Below, piece by piece: positions 28,438 to 36,410 of a DNA stretch of 64,000 bases (positions are counted from its first letter, which is position 1; each line of letters starts with the position of its first letter). The notes under the pieces were generated by a model. That model did not search any database, was not told where the DNA came from, and saw only the letters and a list, made by a program, of their open reading frames with translations. Position numbers and translations under genes: made by a program. This DNA comes from Actinomycetes bacterium (GTDB taxonomy: Bacteria; Actinomycetota; Actinomycetes; Propionibacteriales; Propionibacteriaceae): the NCBI GenBank assembly GCA_021803025.1, contig JAJZQV010000003.1, positions 20,634 to 84,633 on the forward strand, given 5' to 3'.

Positions 28438-28534
28438 CGGCGTCTCGAGTGTACGAGAGGGGGCGCTCCGACTTGTCCACAGCCCAGGCGGCGTTGCCTT
28501 GCGCGGCCGGCGCTGGGGGCCTGACGCTCGGCGG

Positions 28535-29488
28535 GTGAAGAGAGCACACCCGTGGGCCCTGCCCACCAGACCAACCACGAGGACAGACCTGCTCGCACTC
28601 GGGATGACGGACCACATGCTGCGTACCCGAGTCACGTCGGGAGCGCTGGTGACCGTGCGCCAGGGCGTCTTCATCCGTGCGGACGCGTGGCCCGAGGACG
28701 GCGCCGCACAAGGCATCCTCCGGGCCCGTGCCGAGCAGGCTGCGAACCCCGAGGGCGTGATGAGCCACCAGTCCGCGGCGCTGGTCCTCGGCCTTCCGGC
28801 GCCGGGTTTCGCACGCTGGCACGAGCTTCCTGTCGCCATCACGCTCCCCACGGGCCACAGCTCGCGGACTCGCTCGACGGTGCATCACGTGGGCCCGCTC
28901 CCGAGCCACCACGTCATGCTCGATGAGGAGGGGTATCGGATCACGACGCCGGCGCGTACAGCCGTGGATCTTGCCGCACGCCTGGACCTGCCCGAGGCAC
29001 TGGTGCTCCTCGATGGCGCAGCGCGCATGATCTGCGCCTCGTATGTGAGCACGCCGCGACGTCGTGACTACACGACGGGCGCCTACATCACTGCGGCGCG
29101 CGACCTCTTGAGCGAGGCCGCCCGTACCGTCCGGGCGGGCCGGCTGCTCGACGCTGTCGCCGTGACGCTGCCGTGCCGGGAATCGCCTGCAGAGTCCCTG
29201 TCGGCAGGCCACATGATCCTGGCCGGGATCCCGGCTCCTTCCTTCCAGGCGATGCTCCGCACGCCGAGGGGAACCTACTTCCCAGATTTCCTCTGGGAGG
29301 ACGCACGGCTCATCGGCGAGTGCGACGGCGCCGTGAAGTACACGGGCGCCGCCGCGGTCGTGGCGGAGAAGGAGCGAGAGCAGGACCTTCGCGACAACGG
29401 CTGGCGGTTCGTGAGGTGGCTGCCGAAGGAGGTCATGCTCGAGCCGGCGCTGGTCATGGCGCGCATCGCGCGGGCACTGAGCCTCTGA
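28535..29488 (+). CDS. AbiEi-N-like / DUF559-type endonuclease-domain protein
   Basis: N-terminus TRTDLLALGMTDHMLRTRVTSGALVTVRQGVF is AbiEi_4-like. C-terminus FPDFLWEDARLIGECDGAVKY..EREQDLRDNGWRFVRW is DUF559/Vsr-like. Start is GTG 28535 or ATG 28604. Confidence 0.7.
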   Translation: MKRAHPWALPTRPTTRTDLLALGMTDHMLRTRVTSGALVTVRQGVFIRADAWPEDGAAQGILRARAEQAANPEGVMSHQSAALVLGLPAPGFARWHELPVAITLPTGHSSRTRSTVHHVGPLPSHHVMLDEEGYRITTPARTAVDLAARLDLPEALVLLDGAARMICASYVSTPRRRDYTTGAYITAARDLLSEAARTVRAGRLLDAVAVTLPCRESPAESLSAGHMILAGIPAPSFQAMLRTPRGTYFPDFLWEDARLIGECDGAVKYTGAAAVVAEKEREQDLRDNGWRFVRWLPKEVMLEPALVMARIARALSL

Positions 29489-29490
29489 GT

Positions 29491-29690
29491 GGCCGGACCG
29501 CCAGAGTTGCGCTCTCCAGGGGCGAGACAAAGAGGTCCAAGCACTCGACCGCAGAAGTTGCGCTGTAGGGCTGCTCGGACACCCGCCATGAGCGCAACTC
29601 TGGCGGTCGGAATGCCGGCGACCTCCCGGACCTCGCTCATGAGCGCAACTCTGGCGGTCGGACCGCCAGCCACCCGGCCGACCTCGGTCA
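29491..29690. repeat. Nested inverted array of ~52-bp repeat units
   Basis: Core GACCGCCAGAGTTGCGCTC at 29496-29514 and a variant at 29547-29564 run forward. The reverse complement GAGCGCAACTCTGGCGGTC is at 29590-29608 and 29641-29659. An internal palindrome CTGGCGGTC-g-GACCGCCAG is at 29651-29669. Confidence 0.85.
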
Positions 29691-29709
29691 TCCGAACGTA
29701 GCCGGCGGT

Positions 29710-31059
29710 TCAGAGCGTGTCGACGGCGGCCTCCTCGTCCCTCGCCCGCACGGGCGTCGGACGCAGTGCTGGGTCGTCGAGACGGAACGCCCGTACCGGC
29801 CCGGGCTTCTCGGACAGCGCTGTCTCGAACCGTACGGTCACCCAGCCGTGGCCGCTGCCCCACACCCACCCGGGGCCCCAGACGTCGTGGGTCACGTCCT
29901 CCCCCGGTTGGTAGCCCGGCACGGCGTGTCGCACCGTCGGCGCGACGGTGTCGACCTGCAGCTCGTCCGGGCTGGAGGAGGCCACCTCGAACAGCGCCTC
30001 CTGCGCGGCGGAGGTGAAGCCCGAGACGCCCACGCCGAGGAGCCGCACGCCGTGCGCGACCTGCGCCGATGCGCCCCGCAGCAGCTGGCGGGCGGACTCC
30101 GCGATGACATCCCCGTCGTCGACCGCACCGAGGAGCGTCCGCGACCTCGTGTGGGTCGTGAAGTCGCCCAGCTTGATCTTCACCGTGACCGTACGGGCGA
30201 ACAGGCCCGCTCGCCGCAGCCGCTCCGCGACACCGGCCGCATCGCGGGAGACCTTGGCCTCCAGCATGACCAGGTCGGCGATGTCGCTGTCGAACGTGTC
30301 CTCGACCGAGATCGACTTCACCTCGCGCTCGGCGCTGACGGGCCGGTCGTCGTCGGCGACGGACAGGCGGGCCAGCTCGGTGGCCCAGGCCTGGCCGACC
30401 TCGCGCCGGAGCTCGTTGGGGGACGCACGGCGCAGATCGGCGACCGTCTGGATCCCGAGCCGGTCCAGCTTCTCCGCGGTCACGGGACCGACACCCGGGA
30501 TCGCCCGTACGGCCAGGGGCGCGATGTGGTCGACCTCGGTCCCCGGTGGCACGAGGTGGATCCCGTCCGGCTTCGCGATCTCGGAAGCGAGCTTCGCCAT
30601 GAACTTGGAGCTGCCCAGTCCCACTGACGCAGTCAGCCCGCCCGTCACCTCGGCCACCCGGGCTCGTACGTCCCTCGCCAGGGCGAGCACCGCCTCGGTG
30701 TCGGCGACGTCGACACTCCCGGCCGCGAGATCGACGTACGCCTCGTCGAGGCTCACCGGCTCTACCAGCGGCGAGACCTCGGCCAGGACGGCCATCACCA
30801 GGCGCGAGGCGGTCCGGTACGCACCGAACCGTCCGGACAGGAACGCGGCTCGAGGGCACAGCCGCCTCGCCTCGTGCATGGGCATCGCCGAGTGCACCCC
30901 GTACGCCCTGGCCTCGTACGACGCCGTCGACACCACGCCGCGACCGCCCAGCCCACCGACGATCACCGGCTTGCCGCGCAACGACGGCTTGTCGCGCTGC
31001 TCGACCGACGCGAAGAAGGCGTCGAGGTCGAGGTGGAGGATCGAGGCGGTCTGCCTCAT
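29710..31059 (-). CDS. dinB: DNA polymerase IV (Y-family) with extended C-terminus
   Basis: ILHLDLDAFFASVEQRDKPSLRGKPVIVGG, SLDEAYVDL, and little-finger region. 449 aa. Confidence 0.9.
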   Translation of the reverse strand: MRQTASILHLDLDAFFASVEQRDKPSLRGKPVIVGGLGGRGVVSTASYEARAYGVHSAMPMHEARRLCPRAAFLSGRFGAYRTASRLVMAVLAEVSPLVEPVSLDEAYVDLAAGSVDVADTEAVLALARDVRARVAEVTGGLTASVGLGSSKFMAKLASEIAKPDGIHLVPPGTEVDHIAPLAVRAIPGVGPVTAEKLDRLGIQTVADLRRASPNELRREVGQAWATELARLSVADDDRPVSAEREVKSISVEDTFDSDIADLVMLEAKVSRDAAGVAERLRRAGLFARTVTVKIKLGDFTTHTRSRTLLGAVDDGDVIAESARQLLRGASAQVAHGVRLLGVGVSGFTSAAQEALFEVASSSPDELQVDTVAPTVRHAVPGYQPGEDVTHDVWGPGWVWGSGHGWVTVRFETALSEKPGPVRAFRLDDPALRPTPVRARDEEAAVDTL

Positions 31060-31163
31060 GAGCGGGTCCCGGACATCGCCGACAGCCTACGAGGGCGGGA
31101 GGGACCATGAGAGGACATGAAGTAGCGTGCGTCACACCGTCGGCGTACACGTGAGGAGGTCCG

Positions 31164-31703
31164 GTGCCCAGACCCACTCCCGAGCGCCTGACCCCTGCGG
31201 ACGAGGTCGACTGCCTGCCGCTGGTCTCGCGCGACCCCGAAGACCTGCTCGTCAACCTCGAGGCGATGGTCCGCTGGGCCGACAGCGCGCGGATGCGTCG
31301 GGAGATCATGGCCGCCATCGACTTCCCGATCGACGACGTGTCTGCCTTCCTGACGCTGAACCAGCTCGTCTACCGCGGCGCCACCCGCCCCACGGACATC
31401 GCCGACGCGCTCGGCATCGGCCGTCCCAACGTGTCCCGGATCGCCGGCCGGCTCGTCGACGAAGGGCTCATCGTCCGCGTCGCCGACCCGCAGGACGAGC
31501 GTGGGATCCTGCTCGCGCTCAGCACGAGCGGTCGCGTGTACGCCGAACGGATCGCGGCGATCGCCGAGGGACGAGTGCGCGCTGCGCTCAGGACCTGGAC
31601 GGCCACGGACGCCGCACAGCTCACCGCGCTGTTCGCCCGTTTCGTGAGGTCGACACTGGCCGACGACGAGCAGGACCTTCGGGAGCTCCTGCCTGGCTCC
31701 TGA
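31164..31703 (+). CDS. MarR-family transcriptional regulator
   Basis: Winged HTH TRPTDIADALGIGRPNVSRIAGRLVDEGLIVRVADPQDERGILLALS. GAGGAGG lies 5 nt before GTG 31164. Confidence 0.85.
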   Translation: MPRPTPERLTPADEVDCLPLVSRDPEDLLVNLEAMVRWADSARMRREIMAAIDFPIDDVSAFLTLNQLVYRGATRPTDIADALGIGRPNVSRIAGRLVDEGLIVRVADPQDERGILLALSTSGRVYAERIAAIAEGRVRAALRTWTATDAAQLTALFARFVRSTLADDEQDLRELLPGS

Positions 31704-31713
31704 TCCGAACTAT

Positions 31714-31741
31714 TTGCAGCAATGAAATAATATGATACGTT
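31714..31741 (+). promoter_or_regulatory. Candidate promoter in an AT-rich patch upstream of the large hydrolase gene
   Basis: TTGCAG-N16-TACGTT within aactatttgcagcaatgaaataatatgatacgtttcagg. Confidence 0.3.
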
Positions 31742-31776
31742 TCAGGGATTCGTCCGGCTCTTCGAAGGAGAAGACC

Positions 31777-34731
31777 ATGACCGAGTCCCCCGCCCTCGAC
31801 GAGCTCCGCCGGGCGCTGGCCGACCCCCCGAGCGAGACCCGTCCGGAGATCCGCTGGTGGCTGGCCGAGGGCGTGCACACCGACGAGACGCTCCGTACCG
31901 AGATCGAAGCCGCACATCGCCTCGGGTTCGGCGGTATGGAGTTCCTCGCGATGGATGAGGAGGGCGTCGACCATGCCCGGTACGGGTGGGGCTCCGAGGA
32001 GTGGACGCACGACTCGGAGGTCGTCGTCACCGAGACCACGGCTCGCAACATGGCGGTGAGCTTCACATCAGGTACGAACTGGTCGAACGCCAACCTGCCC
32101 ACCATCACGCCCGACGAGCCCGCAGCGGCTCAGGAGCTCGACGTCGTGACGGAGGACCTCGCGTCCGGCGCCACCCGCACCGGGCCCCTCACCCGGATCG
32201 ACCTCGAGGCCCCGCTGCCCGAGGGCCACATGCTCCCGGGGCACCGCGGCCGCATCACCGTCCAGCACCTGGTCGCCGTCATCGCCGTCAAGGTGCTCGA
32301 CGCGACCGCGACCCCGCCCGTTCTCGACGCCGCCTCGGTCGTCGACCTCACCGGCCAGGTCGTCGACGAGTCCCTCGACTGGCAGGCGCCGGAGGGCGAC
32401 TGGAAGCTCTTCACGTACTGGATGCACGGTACGGGCCAGACCGCGAACCCCTCCGCGTCGGTGAACTACACGGTCAGCTACATCGACCGGCACGGCGTCG
32501 ACGCGGTCATCGACTACTGGGGCTCCGTCGTCCTGACCCCTGAGCTGCGCGCACAGATCGCCAAGAACCCGCGCACCCAGATGTACATGGACTCCCTGGA
32601 GCTCTCCACGTACGGGGCCGGCGGGCTCTTCTGGGGCCACACGTTCCCCGAGGAGTTCAGGGTCAGGCGCGGGTACGACATCGAGCCCTGGCTGCCGTTC
32701 CTCACCCGGTCCATCTTCCTGTTCACCGTCACGACGCGGTACCACTTCGCTGCGGACGAGGCCTCGCGCACCCTGGTGGAGAAGGTCCGCCACGACTACG
32801 TACGGACGCTCACCGACCTGTACATCGAGAACATGCTGCGACCGTTCGCGGAGTTCCTGCACGGCGTCGGCATCACGCTGCGCTCGGAGATCAGCTACGG
32901 CCTGCCCTTCGAGCTGACTCGCCCGGGACCGGAGGTCGACGGGATCGAGACCGAGTCGCTCGAGTTCGGTTCGCAGATCGACGCGTACCGCCTCCTCGCC
33001 GGACCGGCTCACCTGTTCGGCAAGCCGTACTCGTCGGAGACCGGCGCGACGACGCGCAACCACGTGCTCGACATGCGCTTCTACGACCAGGTCATCGCGA
33101 CACAGTTCGCCGCAGGCGTGACGAAGACCGTGCTGCACGGCTGGGCCAGCCCCGCAGGCGCCGAGGGCGCGACGAAGTGGCCGGGCCATGAGGGCATGTG
33201 GCCGATGTTCTCCGAGCGCTTCGACACCCGTCAGCCGGCCGCCGAGTTCTACCCGCTGTGGACTCTCGCCGTGGCCCGCCAGCAGCTGCTGCTGCGGCGC
33301 GGGCGACCGCGCATCGACGTCGCCATCCTCCGTACCGACCACTTCGTCGAGAACATGATCGGCATCACCCTCATGGACGCCGACGGCAACAGGATCCCTG
33401 ACGAGGATGCGGTCGGGCGCATGTGGATGCGCAACCGCGAGAACCAGTGGTGGCAGGACCTCGGCATGCAGGACGCGGGCTGGACGTACGAGTACTTCGA
33501 CGCCGAGCTCCTGCTCCATCCCGAGGTCACGTTCGGCGACGGCGTGCTCCAGCCGGGCGGTCCGGGCTACCAGGCGGTCGTCGTCTACCAGGAGTCCCTC
33601 GACCCGGATGCCGCCGTACGTCTGCTCGAGCTAGCACATGCCGGGCTCCGGGTCCTGGTCGTCCATGGGGCGCGCGAGGTGAAGTGGCTCGCCGCCGGCC
33701 TCCACACGGTGCACGAGAAGGCGGCGGCCCGCACTCCCGGCAACGACGGTCGTGACGCCGAGCTGGCAGCGACGATCGCGGCGCTGGTCGCTGAGCCGAC
33801 CGTGCGGGAGATCTCCGACCCCACCGAGACCGTGTCCACGTTGAGAGACCTCGGCGTCGTGGGCCGGTCCGAGTTCCTCGAGGACAACCGCAGCGTGCTG
33901 GGGCTGCTGCGCGACGACGAGGACCTGGCCCACCTGTTCCTCTACAGCTTCCTGTACGAGACCGGCGAGCCGTCGCACGTACAGGTCGCGCTCCAGCAGG
34001 CGGGCGCCGTCCACCGCGTCGACCCGTGGCGGGGCACCCTCACCCCGTACGCAGCATCGCTCGGCGACGACGGCCGGCTCGTCGTCTCCGTGACGCTCGA
34101 GCCCGGGGAGGTCGCGTACTTCACGGTCGACCACCGCGGGCCCGTCGGCGGCATCCCCACCTCCGAGTCAGTCGTCACCACGCTGGACGACTGGCAGATC
34201 TCGGTGGAGAGCTGGGACGCCGGCGAGCTCGAGATCATCACCGAGGACCGAGGCCTGGGGTACGTCACCCGCGAGGTCCGGCCCCACACCGCGGTGACCG
34301 CCATCGCGGTGGGCGAACGCTCGCTCACGCCGTGGCTCGACCTGGCCGAGGTGGGTCCGGAGGTGTCGGGGGTCGGCGACTACGTGGCGCACGTCACCGT
34401 GCCGGCCGAGGCGCTGGATGGAGGAGCCCGGCTGGTCCTCGATCTCGGCTCCACGGCCGGCGGGCTGGGCTCGGTGTCCGTCAACGGCGGGGAGCCGCGG
34501 GGCTTCGACACGTCGCTTCCGCGCGTCGACGTGACCGGCGACCTGCGTCCCGGCGACAACGAGGTCCACGTGCGCACTGCCAGCTCGCTCAACAACCGCC
34601 TGCTGGCGCGCGGGTACTACGACAAGGTCCCGGACATCGTCGCCATGCAGGTGGGCTCGTCCGCGACCCAGCGGACGACCCCGCACGCGCACGGGCTGCT
34701 CGGGCCCGTGAGGCTGGTGCGGGTGAGCTGA
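31777..34731 (+). CDS. Large glycoside-hydrolase-like protein (tentatively GH106 / alpha-L-rhamnosidase-like)
   Basis: GAAGGAG lies 8 nt before ATG 31777. About 984 aa. N-terminus TRPEIRWWLAEGVHTDETLRTEIEAAHRLGFGGMEFLAMD matches my memory of the GH106-type opening motif, and a C-terminal beta-sandwich-like tail follows. Family assignment is unverified. Confidence 0.7.
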   Translation: MTESPALDELRRALADPPSETRPEIRWWLAEGVHTDETLRTEIEAAHRLGFGGMEFLAMDEEGVDHARYGWGSEEWTHDSEVVVTETTARNMAVSFTSGTNWSNANLPTITPDEPAAAQELDVVTEDLASGATRTGPLTRIDLEAPLPEGHMLPGHRGRITVQHLVAVIAVKVLDATATPPVLDAASVVDLTGQVVDESLDWQAPEGDWKLFTYWMHGTGQTANPSASVNYTVSYIDRHGVDAVIDYWGSVVLTPELRAQIAKNPRTQMYMDSLELSTYGAGGLFWGHTFPEEFRVRRGYDIEPWLPFLTRSIFLFTVTTRYHFAADEASRTLVEKVRHDYVRTLTDLYIENMLRPFAEFLHGVGITLRSEISYGLPFELTRPGPEVDGIETESLEFGSQIDAYRLLAGPAHLFGKPYSSETGATTRNHVLDMRFYDQVIATQFAAGVTKTVLHGWASPAGAEGATKWPGHEGMWPMFSERFDTRQPAAEFYPLWTLAVARQQLLLRRGRPRIDVAILRTDHFVENMIGITLMDADGNRIPDEDAVGRMWMRNRENQWWQDLGMQDAGWTYEYFDAELLLHPEVTFGDGVLQPGGPGYQAVVVYQESLDPDAAVRLLELAHAGLRVLVVHGAREVKWLAAGLHTVHEKAAARTPGNDGRDAELAATIAALVAEPTVREISDPTETVSTLRDLGVVGRSEFLEDNRSVLGLLRDDEDLAHLFLYSFLYETGEPSHVQVALQQAGAVHRVDPWRGTLTPYAASLGDDGRLVVSVTLEPGEVAYFTVDHRGPVGGIPTSESVVTTLDDWQISVESWDAGELEIITEDRGLGYVTREVRPHTAVTAIAVGERSLTPWLDLAEVGPEVSGVGDYVAHVTVPAEALDGGARLVLDLGSTAGGLGSVSVNGGEPRGFDTSLPRVDVTGDLRPGDNEVHVRTASSLNNRLLARGYYDKVPDIVAMQVGSSATQRTTPHAHGLLGPVRLVRVS

Positions 34732-34768
34732 CCTCCGCCGGGTCTGTCAGGTCGGCCGGGTCTCCGGC

Positions 34769-36406
34769 TCAGGACAGGGTGAGGACGAGCCGAAGGCTGG
34801 ACGGGCTGCGGAACGGCACGAGGAGGCGAGGTCCGGCGTGGGCGTCGGTGCCCCCGAGGAAGGTGTACGCCTCCCCGGGGTGGTAGTCCGACGTCAGGGC
34901 TCCGGCGTCGACCTCCCCCCCGAGCCGCACGGACATGCGGCCGTCGAGCAGGGTGCCGTCGCCCTCTGCCACGGCTGTGCGAGCGTCGCGGAGCCGGACT
35001 GCGCCGCCGACCTCTCCCAGCGCGCTCTCGCCGAGGACCGCCAGCTCGAGGAGCTGGCCCGTACCTGCTCCGCGCGTACGGAGGTGCATCTCCACACCAC
35101 GCTCGCCCGGTACGACGCTCACGGTCGTCTCGAGGGAGACCGTGTCGCGAGCACGCTGCGAGAACGCCATCTGCGCGGCGAAGCGCCCCTCGAACTCCAG
35201 GTCGTAGTCCGCATCGCCGCGAATCGCCTCGGGTGGCAGCGGCTGGTAGTAGTGGCTCTCGACCCTCTCAATGAGCGTGACCGTCGCGCCGTCGACCGCG
35301 AGCTCGGTGGGCCTGTACGGACCGAGGTTGAAGAAGCTCCGGCTCAGACGGAACCCCAGCGTCAGATCACCGAGACTCACCTTCGCGAACGTCGGGTCGG
35401 CGCTCGTCCCCGACGCCACCCGTCCCAACCGGGCGACGTCCGAGGGCGCGTGGCACACGACCCGCAGCGACTGGCGCTGCCAGACGGCGAGCCTGCTCGT
35501 CGTGAGGACCCGCCAGCCGGCGACGGCCTGAGTTGGTTCAGCGGGCGGCAGGGTGCCGATCCTCGCGTCCAGCAGCGCCTGCGCCACGGCATCCACATCG
35601 CCTCGGCCGCCCCCCGCCTCCGCCCGTACCGCCATGGCCGAGCACAGGCCACAGCCTGTCGCAGCCGCAACCCGGCGGTACAGCAGCCCGTACGCGCTGA
35701 GCGGGAAGTCCTTGCGCTGGTCCTGGCGTCGCGACTGGATCGTCTCCACGAGGTCGCGGGCATCCACGAGGTCGACCGTGGCGTGGAGGTTCCGGTGGAC
35801 CGCGTCGGCGAGATCCGCCCGGTCGAGCAATCGGGCCATGTCCAGGAGACAGGGACCGGACACGTGGACGGCGTAGTTGGGGCTCCTCTCGCTGAACAGC
35901 CCGTCCTCCTGGAGGTCGACGCCTTCCGCGAGCCACTCCCCTGCCCGCTCGAGGCAGTCCGACCAGCCGAACAGGTGCCACAGCTGGACCAGCGCGCAGC
36001 TGATCTCCCACCGGTGGTTGGGGGTGTGCACACCTCCGCGAACGAGCGCGTCCCGGCAGGCCACGACGACGCGTGTCGCCGTGTCACGTACCGCCTCGAG
36101 CTCCGGTTCGTCGCGCTGCGCGAGGACGCGGAGCAGCCGGCACAGCCCGTTGACGGTGAAGGCGGAGTCCGGCGGGGAGACGAGGTTGTCCCCCGTGAGG
36201 AACAGGCCGTCCGGGCCTTGCTGCGCCACGAGCTGGTCGAGCGCGCGCTCGGCTGCCGGGACCAGCTCCGGACGACCGTCCGCGAGCCACACGTAGACGA
36301 GTGACTCGACCCTCACCTGAAGCTCCCGGTGCGCGAGGTGCTCGACCGGCGACTCGGGGTCGAGGCCCGCGCGCAGCAGCTCCACCTGGTCGTCCAGGTA
36401 CTCCAC
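34769..36406 (-). CDS. Uncharacterised 545-aa protein, last gene of a sugar ABC operon
   Basis: Long ORF separated by 4 nt from the upstream permease. The N-terminal half is helical-repeat-like (TPNHRWEISCAL, ERSPNYAVH). The C-terminal half is beta-rich. No signal peptide seen. Confidence 0.75.
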   Translation of the reverse strand: MEYLDDQVELLRAGLDPESPVEHLAHRELQVRVESLVYVWLADGRPELVPAAERALDQLVAQQGPDGLFLTGDNLVSPPDSAFTVNGLCRLLRVLAQRDEPELEAVRDTATRVVVACRDALVRGGVHTPNHRWEISCALVQLWHLFGWSDCLERAGEWLAEGVDLQEDGLFSERSPNYAVHVSGPCLLDMARLLDRADLADAVHRNLHATVDLVDARDLVETIQSRRQDQRKDFPLSAYGLLYRRVAAATGCGLCSAMAVRAEAGGGRGDVDAVAQALLDARIGTLPPAEPTQAVAGWRVLTTSRLAVWQRQSLRVVCHAPSDVARLGRVASGTSADPTFAKVSLGDLTLGFRLSRSFFNLGPYRPTELAVDGATVTLIERVESHYYQPLPPEAIRGDADYDLEFEGRFAAQMAFSQRARDTVSLETTVSVVPGERGVEMHLRTRGAGTGQLLELAVLGESALGEVGGAVRLRDARTAVAEGDGTLLDGRMSVRLGGEVDAGALTSDYHPGEAYTFLGGTDAHAGPRLLVPFRSPSSLRLVLTLS

Positions 36407-36410
36407 GGCG

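Noticed and set aside
29489-29701. ORFs with reiterated peptides (MSATLAVG.. on the plus strand; MTEVGRVAGGPTARVALMSEV.. on the minus strand, 29275-29691) as possible tandem precursor peptides, or the repeats as a CRISPR array
   Set aside because: The peptide repeats are a direct consequence of the DNA repeats read in either strand. There are only 2+2 units, in inverted rather than uniform direct orientation, with no spacer-like unique inserts of constant length and no cas genes.
31060-31163. LexA/SOS box upstream of dinB
   Set aside because: No TCGAAC-N4-GTTCGA-like palindrome is visible in the dinB-MarR divergent region. The nearby CGTG...CACG ends do not form a real palindrome.
28337-31318. 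993-aa minus-strand ORF spanning the tRNA-like copy, the DUF559 gene (antisense) and dinB (out of frame)
   Set aside because: Its Arg/Gly/Pro-rich low-complexity translation is typical of off-frame reading in high-GC DNA. It overlaps well-supported genes, and dinB in another frame has clear motifs.
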